Shown in pieces: positions 44,486-51,806 of a stretch of 64,000 nt of DNA. The notes under the pieces are model-generated. The model had not been told where the DNA came from. It saw only the letters and a list, made by a program, of their open reading frames with translations, and searched no databases. The translations under genes and the position numbers were made by a program. The stretch lies in the IMG/VR virus record IMGVR_UViG_3300046477_000550. The stretch is one strand, 5' to 3'. Numbering within the stretch: position 1 is the first letter of the stretch; every line of letters begins with the position of its first letter. This stretch comes from a virus.

Positions 44486-45157
44486 TCAGGCCGAGGCGAG
44501 CGCCCGCAGATGCCTGGGGACAATCTCGGGAACGCGGGCTTGCTGCTCCGTTGTCAGCTGGAGGTCGCCGAGGATCGCTCGGATGGCCTGCGCGATCAGG
44601 GCGCCCTGCGACTCCGCCAGCCGGATCCGCCGCTCTTCGATGCCGGCCTTGATGGCTTGGGAGCACACCGTGACGAGGTGCGAGCGTTCCTGCTGGTAGA
44701 GCTTCAGCCACACGTTGGGGACGGCTTCCGAGGTGGTTCCGTAGTCCTCCCCGCCCGACTTCTCCTTGGTGATGCCCCAGACGAGGGGATGCCCAGTGTC
44801 CGTTCCGGCAACGACTGTGGCGGATTCGATCTCTTGCACGCGTTCGCGGAGCCATGCGACATGGCCGGCGGTCCACTGCACTTCGTCCAGCAAGGCTTCG
44901 CTGGCCGTGGTTTCGATCTTGCGGCCGTAGGTTTCCACGAGCACCCGGGCCTTCTCCTCGGTGAGCCGTTCCTCGGCCTTGGCGAGGTTCTGAGGCGCCA
45001 TTCCGCCATGGTTTTTACACACGTTCTGGCCGCGCATCGCGATCTGCCCGCACTGGTCGCCAGTGTTTTTGCGTCCCCAGCAGCGGCGTTGCCCGCTGGG
45101 GCGGAGTTCTTCGAAGCCTTCCGGTAGCTGGCGGCCCCACCCTCTGTCGGTGGCCAT
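44486..45157 (-). CDS. terminase small subunit (N-terminal Zn-ribbon type)
   Basis: CWGRKNTGDQCGQIAMRGQNVCKNHGG motif, which I recall as common in actinophage small terminases. Immediately upstream of TerL. Confidence 0.65.
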   Translation of the reverse strand: MATDRGWGRQLPEGFEELRPSGQRRCWGRKNTGDQCGQIAMRGQNVCKNHGGMAPQNLAKAEERLTEEKARVLVETYGRKIETTASEALLDEVQWTAGHVAWLRERVQEIESATVVAGTDTGHPLVWGITKEKSGGEDYGTTSEAVPNVWLKLYQQERSHLVTVCSQAIKAGIEERRIRLAESQGALIAQAIRAILGDLQLTTEQQARVPEIVPRHLRALASA

Positions 45158-45609
45158 CACGCGCCGCCGGTCTGCCAGTGCGCGGGCAGGGAGGAGGCAG
45201 GCTCGGGCTCGGCGACGGGCTCGGGCGGCGCTTCGGCGGTGCAGTCGCAGCCGTGCATGCCGTCCCCATTGGGGGCGGTGCAGCGGGCCTCGTGGACGAG
45301 CGCGGCATCGTCCATGGTGATCGCATGCTCCGCGCAGGCGTACACAGTGCGGGTGTCGTCGGAGCCGTCGGGTAGCGGCGGGAAGACGGGCGGCGGGAGC
45401 TGCTTGTCGGCCAGCAGTAGCGCCTGCTCGCGGCGCTCCCGCTCCAGGCGGACATGCTCGGCGAGTTCGTCGTCGGTCAGACGGCGCCGCCAGTTGACGA
45501 CCGCAGTGTCGCCGCATGCACCACAGACGGGCCCGGTCGGCGCGGCCGGGGCTACCGCTTCAAGGGCTGGGGCCGGTGCAGGATCGGGCTTCGGGTTGAG
45601 GGCGTCCAT
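45157..45609 (-). CDS. hypothetical Cys-rich protein
   Basis: 150 aa with CGACGD...CAEH...CDC motifs. Coupled to TerS (ATGA). Confidence 0.65.
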   Translation of the reverse strand: MDALNPKPDPAPAPALEAVAPAAPTGPVCGACGDTAVVNWRRRLTDDELAEHVRLERERREQALLLADKQLPPPVFPPLPDGSDDTRTVYACAEHAITMDDAALVHEARCTAPNGDGMHGCDCTAEAPPEPVAEPEPASSLPAHWQTGGA

Positions 45610-45619
45610 GCCGGCCTCC

Positions 45620-45940
45620 TTACGTGACGGTGAGCTGCCCGATCGGGATGACGGGCTGCTCTGGGTTGTCGGTGATGCGGATGAAGATCGCGTACATGCC
45701 AGGGGTCAGTGTCGGGCCGGTACTGCCAGGGCCGATCAGAACTTGCGCCCGGTAGGCGGTGCTGCCCGAGATCGGGCCGGTGCCGTCCCAGCCGCCCGGA
45801 TACCAGGTCACGGGGCGTCCGGACACTTCGGTGAACGCGAACTCGACGGTGTCGCCGGTCGGGTTGTACGGCTCGCCCTGCATGCTGGCCTTGACTGCGG
45901 CCTCAACGAATTCGCGGGAGGAGCGGTCGATTCGCTGCAC
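45620..45940 (-). CDS. hypothetical Ig-like/beta protein
   Basis: 106-aa ORF. Confidence 0.6.
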   Translation of the reverse strand: MQRIDRSSREFVEAAVKASMQGEPYNPTGDTVEFAFTEVSGRPVTWYPGGWDGTGPISGSTAYRAQVLIGPGSTGPTLTPGMYAIFIRITDNPEQPVIPIGQLTVT

Positions 45941-45959
45941 CCGGCTCCCCCTCTCCTGT

Positions 45960-47210
45960 TCAGTTGTCGGCGTCCCAGCGGGTCCCCGTCAGCTGTGGTT
46001 GCCACCGGCCGGGCCGATCCGAGGCGGCCCAGCCCGGGCCGATGAGTTCGGCCTGCCACCGGGCGGGCCCGTCCTCGGCATCCCACCGGAGGTGAGGGCC
46101 GGTGACGTGGAACAGCGGGGCGGCCTGCCCCCCGGCCTGCCCCCCGGTCGGTACGGCGCCGGTGAATGCCCCGCCGCGGATGGGCAGCAGGCGCCGCCGA
46201 TGCGACCGGACAAACGGCACGGGCCACGCCGCCGCCTGTGCCTGCTGAAGCACGGGGGCGGCTATCCGGCCCCGTCGTGCCGCCGCCACGCGGGTTGCCC
46301 GCCGCGACAGCCACGCGGGCACCCATGCGGGTGCGGTAGGCGCTACGCCGGCGGGCGCGATCCTGGTGAACATGCCGCGGCGTGCCGGGGCCACGCGTCG
46401 TGCAGGCTGCCTGTACGGGGCCTGTACGGGCGGTACGGGACCGGTCGGAGCGGGTGTGGGGGTGAAGTAGTCGCTGCGTCGCCCGCACAGGGGGCGTGGG
46501 CGACGCGCGGACAGGTATCCGGGCGGCGCGGGCTGCTGTGCGGGAGCGGCTGCGGGCTGGGGCGTCCAGGTGAACCGGCCGCGGCGAAGGAACGCCAGCC
46601 GGATGCGCGGGCGGACCGGCTGCGGTGCGGCAGCCGGGGCAGTGCCGGCGGGCGGCACGGGTAGAAAGATGCCGCGGCGCCCACCTGTGGAACGCAGACG
46701 GCTCCGGGAGACCGTACCGGGCGCCCAGGCCGGGGTGGCGGGTGCTGCTACTTGGGGCGGGGTCCAGGTGAACTCGCCCCGGCGTGCGAACAGGGCCCGC
46801 AGGCGCGGGCGCGACATCTGCGGCACCGTCGACGGCTGGGTGGGCGCTGCTGTCGGGGGTGTCCAGGTGTAGTGGCCCCGCTGGGCGGGGAGTGAGCGGC
46901 GGCGCGCGGAGGGCGCCCGGACTGGCGGTGCCGGGGTGAGCCATGGCGGGTCGAAGTAGTCCCGGCGCCGGACTTGGACCAGCCGGACCGTTACGCGCCG
47001 GATGAAGCCGGGGACGGCGGCCGGCGCAGCCGGGGCGGACGGCGGGGGCGGTGCGGTGAAGGAGCGGCCTCGCCGGAGCCACAGAGCCCGGGGGCGCCGC
47101 CCCTCGACGAAAGCCGGAGCCCAGGGCGGCACCTGGGCCGTCTGCTGGGCTGGAGGAACGTATTGGAATCTGCCGCGGCGGACATAAGGGCCGCGCCACC
47201 GCCGCGACAT
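45960..47210 (-). CDS. Arg/Pro-rich tandem-repeat protein
   Basis: 416 aa with about 10 copies of the degenerate unit RRG-x-F-(T)W-TPP...AP. The C-terminus carries RW(D/Q) repeats. An alternative frame is also open. Confidence 0.55.
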   Translation of the reverse strand: MSRRWRGPYVRRGRFQYVPPAQQTAQVPPWAPAFVEGRRPRALWLRRGRSFTAPPPPSAPAAPAAVPGFIRRVTVRLVQVRRRDYFDPPWLTPAPPVRAPSARRRSLPAQRGHYTWTPPTAAPTQPSTVPQMSRPRLRALFARRGEFTWTPPQVAAPATPAWAPGTVSRSRLRSTGGRRGIFLPVPPAGTAPAAAPQPVRPRIRLAFLRRGRFTWTPQPAAAPAQQPAPPGYLSARRPRPLCGRRSDYFTPTPAPTGPVPPVQAPYRQPARRVAPARRGMFTRIAPAGVAPTAPAWVPAWLSRRATRVAAARRGRIAAPVLQQAQAAAWPVPFVRSHRRRLLPIRGGAFTGAVPTGGQAGGQAAPLFHVTGPHLRWDAEDGPARWQAELIGPGWAASDRPGRWQPQLTGTRWDADN

Positions 47211-47217
47211 GGGCTAT

Positions 47218-47685
47218 CTACTCCTCGTACTCGACGGCCAGGACCAGGGAGTGGTTCGCGGGCAGCGCGGTGACCCGGTTGACGAAGACGAGCGGGTTGG
47301 CGGTGCCGACGTCGGAGAGGAACTCCTCCATCAGTTCCCACGGCAGGTCGACGCCGCTCTGGGAGTTGAACGCGACCCGGAAGGCGTCCGCGGCGGCGAG
47401 CGTGGGGGCGACGGACCAGACCGTGTCCAGGCCGGTGATGCCGGACGCCCCGGAGCGGGGATCGAGCCGCTGCCCGGTGACGGTAGTGCTGGCGGTGCCG
47501 CGTGCGGTGCCGCGGTTGATGGCCACCACGACTTGCTGCGAGGTGATCGAGCCGGACGCGACGGCGATACCGAGGGTGACTCGCCGCAGCTTGCAGGCGA
47601 CGGCCGCGGCGGGCACGAGTGCGGCGAAGGCCGTGTCGACGGCGAGCGCCGCCGCGGACGTCACCTGCGCGTTGTAGCGGGCCAT
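47218..47685 (-). CDS. hypothetical beta-rich protein
   Basis: 155 aa starting MARYNAQV. Confidence 0.65.
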   Translation of the reverse strand: MARYNAQVTSAAALAVDTAFAALVPAAAVACKLRRVTLGIAVASGSITSQQVVVAINRGTARGTASTTVTGQRLDPRSGASGITGLDTVWSVAPTLAAADAFRVAFNSQSGVDLPWELMEEFLSDVGTANPLVFVNRVTALPANHSLVLAVEYEE

Positions 47686-47696
47686 TGCGGTCCCTT

Positions 47697-48266
47697 CTAG
47701 AAGTAGCTGCCGTATTGGCTGAGCGTGCTGGGGGTTTTGGTGGCGCTGCCGGCGGACACGTCCGCGCCGGTGAAGTCGTCGAACTTCAACAGGGGCGACG
47801 ATTCGGCGCGGAGGCCGGTGCTGGTTCCGGTCGTAACAGCCGTGTTGGTGACGGTGACGCGGGCGACGTTGTTGACGTAGCCGGTGATCGTCGAGCCGAC
47901 GGCCTGGACCTTGGCGATGTCGCCTGCGACGGCCGCCCCGGCGAAGGAGCCGATGCTGGTGAAGCTGCCGCCGACGTTCGAGAAGAGCACCCACGAGGTG
48001 CCGTCATTTCTCCACAAGTAGCCCTGCGTGAAGCCGGTGTTGCCGCGACACCACACGCCGTGGGAGACGGCGCCGGTGGCGGCGATCGTGGTCTGTGCCG
48101 AGTTGTCGTTGGTGGCCATCGCGGTGGCGGCACGGATGACGATCGTGCCGCCTGCGCTGCCCGGGGAGAGCTGATTGGAGACGATCGTCCAGAGGCCGGT
48201 CCCGTCAACCCAGCCCGCTCCGGGTGCGCCGTTGGCCCGGTTGAAGTCGTCGGTGAAGGTGGTCAC
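47697..48266 (-). CDS. LamG/ConA-like lectin-fold protein
   Basis: GAGGAGG RBS then GTG at 48266. The TTFTDDFNRANG...GYLWRNDGTSWVLF pattern resembles the N-terminus of the 1149-aa minor tail protein. Confidence 0.65.
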   Translation of the reverse strand: MTTFTDDFNRANGAPGAGWVDGTGLWTIVSNQLSPGSAGGTIVIRAATAMATNDNSAQTTIAATGAVSHGVWCRGNTGFTQGYLWRNDGTSWVLFSNVGGSFTSIGSFAGAAVAGDIAKVQAVGSTITGYVNNVARVTVTNTAVTTGTSTGLRAESSPLLKFDDFTGADVSAGSATKTPSTLSQYGSYF

Positions 48267-48300
48267 GACGGCCTCCTCGGGTGGGGCGCCGCGTGGCGGG

Positions 48301-48453
48301 TCAGTGGTGTTGCAGCGTGTGCACGGTCGTCGGCAGCAGCCAGAAGGCGAGCCCCGCGTAGGCCATGCGGTCGCGGTGCGGAACGCTCGCCGGGAGCAGC
48401 GCGGCGAGGACCAGGAGGACGAAGCCGAAGCTGTAGCAGACGATTTCGAGCAC
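48301..48453 (-). CDS. small membrane protein
   Basis: 50 aa, GGAG then GTG, with one or two TM segments. Confidence 0.5.
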   Translation of the reverse strand: MLEIVCYSFGFVLLVLAALLPASVPHRDRMAYAGLAFWLLPTTVHTLQHH

Positions 48454-48467
48454 GGCATCTCCAGGTG

Positions 48468-48635
48468 TCAGCGGCGCCGGATGCTGCGCCAGGCGTGCGG
48501 AACGTCGACGACGAGCAGGCAGCCGACCGCGCACAGTCCGAGCGGCAGCACGACGACGCCGACGGGGACGACTTCGAGCAGCAGGAAGACGAACAGGCAG
48601 GCGGCGGTGAAGGCGAGGCGGGAGCGGGGGCGCAT
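48468..48635 (-). CDS. small membrane protein
   Basis: 55 aa, MRPRSRLAFTAACLFVFLLLEVVPVGVVVLPLGLCAVGCLLVV... Confidence 0.5.
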   Translation of the reverse strand: MRPRSRLAFTAACLFVFLLLEVVPVGVVVLPLGLCAVGCLLVVDVPHAWRSIRRR

Positions 48636-48650
48636 GGTCACCGCCCGTCG

Positions 48651-48722
48651 TTGGCCCGGCAGGACTTGAACCTGCAACTCGCGGCTGGGGGCCGCTGCTC
48701 TGCCGTTTGAGCTATCGGGCCA
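48651..48722 (-). tRNA. non-canonical tRNA-like gene (5-nt or C33 anticodon loop; Gly-CCC-like at best)
   Basis: Acceptor TGGCCCG/CGGGCCA, D-arm GCTC-AAACGGCA-GAGC and T-arm GCAGG-TTCAAGT-CCTGC look normal. The anticodon arm is GCGGC-CCCCA-GCCGC, and there is an extra nucleotide at positions 8-9. Confidence 0.55.
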
Positions 48723-48774
48723 AAGCGACCGCCGGTTCGCGGGGCGAAGATCCGCGACTAACCGGCGACCACCC

Positions 48775-48859
48775 GAGGACGCTCTAGGCCACTGAGCTAC
48801 CAGCAGGCCGCGCGCGGCCCTTTCTGTGGCTGGACGGGATTTGAACCCGCGCCTTCCCC
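48775..48859 (-). ncRNA. circularly permuted tRNA-like element, paralogous to the tRNA-like module of the Y RNA at 20.2 kb
   Basis: Minus-strand order: GGGGA, AGGC, T-arm GCGGG-TTCAAAT-CCCGT, CCAGC, GC hairpin GGCCG-CGCG-CGGCC, GCTGG, TA, D-arm GCTC-AGTGGCCTA-GAGC, G, TCCTC. A 38-nt nested hairpin follows at 48730-48767. Confidence 0.6.
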
Positions 48860-48863
48860 TACG

Positions 48864-48937
48864 TTGGCCCGCCAGGTCTCGAACCTGGCGCCTCCGCCTT
48901 ATCAGGACGGCGCTCTAACCAGATGAGCTACGGGCCA
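48864..48937 (-). tRNA. tRNA-Ile (GAU), no encoded CCA
   Basis: Clean cloverleaf: acceptor TGGCCCG/CGGGCCA, D-arm GCTC-ATCTGGTTA-GAGC, anticodon arm CCGTC-CTGATAA-GGCGG, T-arm CCAGG-TTCGAGA-CCTGG. Confidence 0.85.
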
Positions 48938-49044
48938 CCACTGTCTATCGGCTTCGTCCAGGCTAGCTGTTGCCCGACCCTGGGCTGATCGGTTTCCTGG
49001 TTCCGCCGTCGGCCGCGACCCTCGACGCGGCGGACGGCGGACGA

Positions 49045-49416
49045 CTATGCGCGGCCTTGGCCGTAGCGCCGCATCGACTTCTCGACGGAGTCCCGCAGCG
49101 TGCCCTCGTCGATGACGCGGCCCTCAACGTGCACGGTCACGGTGGCGTCCGGGTGGGGCGGGAGGTCGCGCGCTGCCCGGTAGGCGTTGATGCTCTTCTC
49201 GCCGGAGACGACCTGCTCGAAGGTGACGGAAGCCTCGCGCGCCTGCCGGTTGTGCTGCACCAACTCACAGACCGGGCAGTGTTCGACGCCGACGTGCAGG
49301 ACGAAGGCGTGACCGCACTCCTGGCACGCCCCTTTGAGGATCTCCCCCGGGAGCGGCTGGTACGTACAGAGTGCGGGCTGCTCAGCGTCGGCCATCACGG
49401 GCTCCTCGCTGCTCAT
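49045..49416 (-). CDS. hypothetical zinc-ribbon protein
   Basis: 123 aa with CQECGH...CPVC. ATG overlaps the upstream stop (ATGA). Confidence 0.65.
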   Translation of the reverse strand: MSSEEPVMADAEQPALCTYQPLPGEILKGACQECGHAFVLHVGVEHCPVCELVQHNRQAREASVTFEQVVSGEKSINAYRAARDLPPHPDATVTVHVEGRVIDEGTLRDSVEKSMRRYGQGRA

Positions 49417-49628
49417 GCGACGGCGTGTACGCGGCCAGCGCGTTCCCGGGTGGCCTTCTCGGCCTGGAGGACGTCCATGGCCCGATAGCGGGGCCAGCCG
49501 CGCCGGTTGACCGGCTTGATCTTGCCGCGCCGCTTCCACTGGTAGATGACGTCGGTGGTGACGCCCGCCGCTTCGGCGGCCTCGGCAGTGGTCCAGATGG
49601 CGTGTTCCAGGTCGCAGTCGAGGAGCAT
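49413..49628 (-). CDS. excisionase-family (HTH_17) DNA-binding protein, first gene of the late-side operon
   Basis: Motif WTTAEAAEAAGVTTDVIYQWKRRGKIKPV. GAGGAGG then ATG at 49628 (the ORF track starts at GTG 49634). Confidence 0.7.
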   Translation of the reverse strand: MLLDCDLEHAIWTTAEAAEAAGVTTDVIYQWKRRGKIKPVNRRGWPRYRAMDVLQAEKATRERAGRVHAVA

Positions 49629-49652
49629 GGCCACCTCCTCAGGGAACGCGAA

Positions 49653-49682
49653 CAGGCCCCGAGCTGGGGGCTACGGGGCCTG
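49653..49682 (-). terminator. 9-bp GC hairpin in the leader of the late-side operon
   Basis: CAGGCCCCG-N12-CGGGGCCTG, located between a candidate promoter and the RBS at about 49640. Confidence 0.45.
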
Positions 49683-49709
49683 CTTTAGAGCATGATCGGC
49701 GTGGCCCAA

Positions 49710-49738
49710 ATCTGACACAGATTGGCCTATTAGGTCAA
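49710..49738 (-). promoter_or_regulatory. candidate promoter TTGACC-N17-TCAGAT
   Basis: Lies in the lowest-GC patch of this region. The -35 element overlaps the stop codon of the upstream gene. Confidence 0.35.
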
Positions 49739-50448
49739 GCGGCTGCCACCGACTTGTACTGCTGGGCCAACTTGCCGGTGTGTTCCAGATACTCCCCAGG
49801 CGTGAGCAGTGTCTGACAGTTGATGTTCCGGCACTCGATGTAGTCGTCGCCGTCGGTGCGGAAAAGGGTGAGCAACTCGCAGCGCGGGCACGGGATTCGG
49901 TGGTGTTCCAGGCGCGCGTCCCGGCGGGTGAAGCGCTGCGCTGCGCGGTGCCAACTGCCGATCTGCGCGGCCGGATTGCCGGACAGCCGGTCGTGGACTT
50001 CGGCGGCGAGCGGGTGCTCGACGAGCGCCCACGTGAGCTGCGCGGTCAGGAACCGTGTGACACCGGTGACGTCGCCGCCCTCCGTGCCGCGCCCAGGCCG
50101 AACGCGGAAGCGTCGCAGCTCGCGGATGTCGTCCTCCAACTCCAGCAAGCCGCCCACGATGTGGTCGATGAGGATCCGTGAGGCTTGTCCGGGCCACGCC
50201 GGGATTGAGGTGCGGCCGATCATGCCGGTCGTCTTCGCGGCCGTGCCGTACACGGCTTCCAGGCTGACGGCGACGACGAGTTCGGGGAGTTCGGCGAGCT
50301 GGCTGTGGGCGCGGTTCGTGCAGCGGTCGCAGTGGACGGGCTGGCCCCAGGTGACGGGGACGTCGTGTTCGGCGCCGGTGGCGGCGAGTTGGGCTTCGGC
50401 CTTACGCCAGCCGTTGTTGCACGACCCCGGGCACGGCGCTGGGGTCAC
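49735..50448 (-). CDS. hypothetical protein with two zinc-ribbon motifs
   Basis: 237 aa from GTG 50448 (GTGA overlap), with CDRC and CPRC...CRNINC motifs. Confidence 0.7.
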   Translation of the reverse strand: MTPAPCPGSCNNGWRKAEAQLAATGAEHDVPVTWGQPVHCDRCTNRAHSQLAELPELVVAVSLEAVYGTAAKTTGMIGRTSIPAWPGQASRILIDHIVGGLLELEDDIRELRRFRVRPGRGTEGGDVTGVTRFLTAQLTWALVEHPLAAEVHDRLSGNPAAQIGSWHRAAQRFTRRDARLEHHRIPCPRCELLTLFRTDGDDYIECRNINCQTLLTPGEYLEHTGKLAQQYKSVAAA

Positions 50449-50600
50449 CGTCCACTCTCCATGCCTGCGGCAAGAACGGCTATGACGATCTGCATGGCCT
50501 GCGCCTCGCTGAATCCGGCGCCGACGTAGGAGAGGAACACTTCGTGGAGTTGGGCGGCGCCTGCGGCGAGTTCGGTGAGCGGGTCCTGGGGATCGGGCAT
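50445..50600 (-). CDS. hypothetical small protein
   Basis: 51 aa starting MPDPQDPLTEL. Confidence 0.5.
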   Translation of the reverse strand: MPDPQDPLTELAAGAAQLHEVFLSYVGAGFSEAQAMQIVIAVLAAGMESGR

Positions 50601-50677
50601 GACGCGTCTCCCGGTGTGCGTGAGGGTTCTGCACCCCATTGTGCACACTCAGCGTGACAACGGCGGGGTTCCGTGAC

Positions 50678-51022
50678 TCACAGCACCGGCGCGTAGCGCC
50701 CGGCCCTGAGTTCCTCGCGCAGCATGAACTCCCGCAGCCACGCCGGGTTCCGGCGGCTCTCGACCTGAAGTACCCGGGAGACCTGCGCGCGGTTGCATGG
50801 GTCGGTGAGGGCGCGGGCGATCTCCTCGTCGGCCAGTGCGGGTTCGGGCCGGCTGATCCATCCCCAGGCTGTGGGTTCGGTTTCGGTGTGGGTGTCGGCG
50901 TTGTCCAGCCACCAGTCGAGGCAGTCATGGCAGACGTGCAGGGTGGTTGCGGCCGGGCTGGTGGTCAGCCATGCGACGGCCGGACCGCAGGCGCCGAGCT
51001 GCATGTAGCAACGGGCGGTCAT
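50678..51022 (-). CDS. hypothetical protein
   Basis: 114-aa ORF. Confidence 0.6.
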   Translation of the reverse strand: MTARCYMQLGACGPAVAWLTTSPAATTLHVCHDCLDWWLDNADTHTETEPTAWGWISRPEPALADEEIARALTDPCNRAQVSRVLQVESRRNPAWLREFMLREELRAGRYAPVL

Positions 51023-51354
51023 CGCGTCTCCCCCTCGGTCGGGAGGTGCCGTCCGCTCGGGTCCGAGTAGAGGATCTCAACGCGCCCGTCTGGCGTGACG
51101 TGGGTGAACGAGTTCGCGGCGGCGTGTTCGTAGGTGGCACACCACATGTCGATCTCGCTGCGGCGCATGCTGTGGGGGAAGTCGACGACTCCGGCCCGCT
51201 CGCCGTTGCTTGGCCCGAAAAATCGCCGCAGGCCGATGGCGAGTTCGGCGGCCGTGCCGGGCTTCGGCTCGATGCCGAACAGCTCATACTCCAGGACGGC
51301 GATCGCGAGCCGGTCCGCGCGGCGCGGGGGCGGCTTCCGCCACGGCCACTTCAC
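51019..51354 (-). CDS. hypothetical protein
   Basis: GTG at 51354 overlaps the upstream stop (GTGA). Confidence 0.6.
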   Translation of the reverse strand: MKWPWRKPPPRRADRLAIAVLEYELFGIEPKPGTAAELAIGLRRFFGPSNGERAGVVDFPHSMRRSEIDMWCATYEHAAANSFTHVTPDGRVEILYSDPSGRHLPTEGETR

Positions 51355-51806
51355 GTCGTCTCCCCGGCCTGGGTGTTGCTCTCGGCGGGCGCCTGTCCGC
51401 CTCCGGAGCAGGCGATGAGGAGCGGCGTGCTGTAGGGCCACATGTGCGGCGGGATCATGCCGTCCGTCAAGCGGATGGATTCGCCGCATCCCGTACAGCG
51501 GCCGAAGGCTTCAGGAGGCCTCTCAGCGGTACCAGTGGCGGCCTCCCGAGCCTCGGTGCGCACCAGCCACGGGGCCATCGGGGTCGCGGCGATCTCGGTG
51601 ATGTAGACGGCTCGCGCCGGGCAGTCGGGGCAGGCGACGTCGAGCACCGGCCTGCCGGGCACGGCGAACGTCCGCAGTACCCAGCGTCGGGGCCCGGTCT
51701 TCCGCCGTTCACGGACGCGCCGGGACGGGGACTGGCGGCGCGCGCTGGTCTGGCTCGGGTGCAGGCAGAGGGCGACGCCGTCGCCGAGCGGGGTGTACGT
51801 GGTCAT
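51351..51806 (-). CDS. hypothetical Cys-rich protein
   Basis: 151 aa with CPDCP...CTGCG. Confidence 0.65.
   Translation of the reverse strand: MTTYTPLGDGVALCLHPSQTSARRQSPSRRVRERRKTGPRRWVLRTFAVPGRPVLDVACPDCPARAVYITEIAATPMAPWLVRTEAREAATGTAERPPEAFGRCTGCGESIRLTDGMIPPHMWPYSTPLLIACSGGGQAPAESNTQAGETT

Noticed and set aside
45808-47199. 463-aa alternative minus-strand frame over the repeat-protein gene
   Set aside because: It is also open, but even more Arg/Pro/Ala-biased, and it lacks the regular repeat unit and the start/stop spacing seen for 45960-47210. The rejection is tentative and frame-specific statistics are needed.
48723-48863. A conventional tRNA spanning the D-arm at about 48790-48810
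   Set aside because: No downstream 3' acceptor strand (CCAGCAG) or canonical T-arm exists. The matching T-arm and partial acceptor strand lie upstream, so the permuted reading is preferred.
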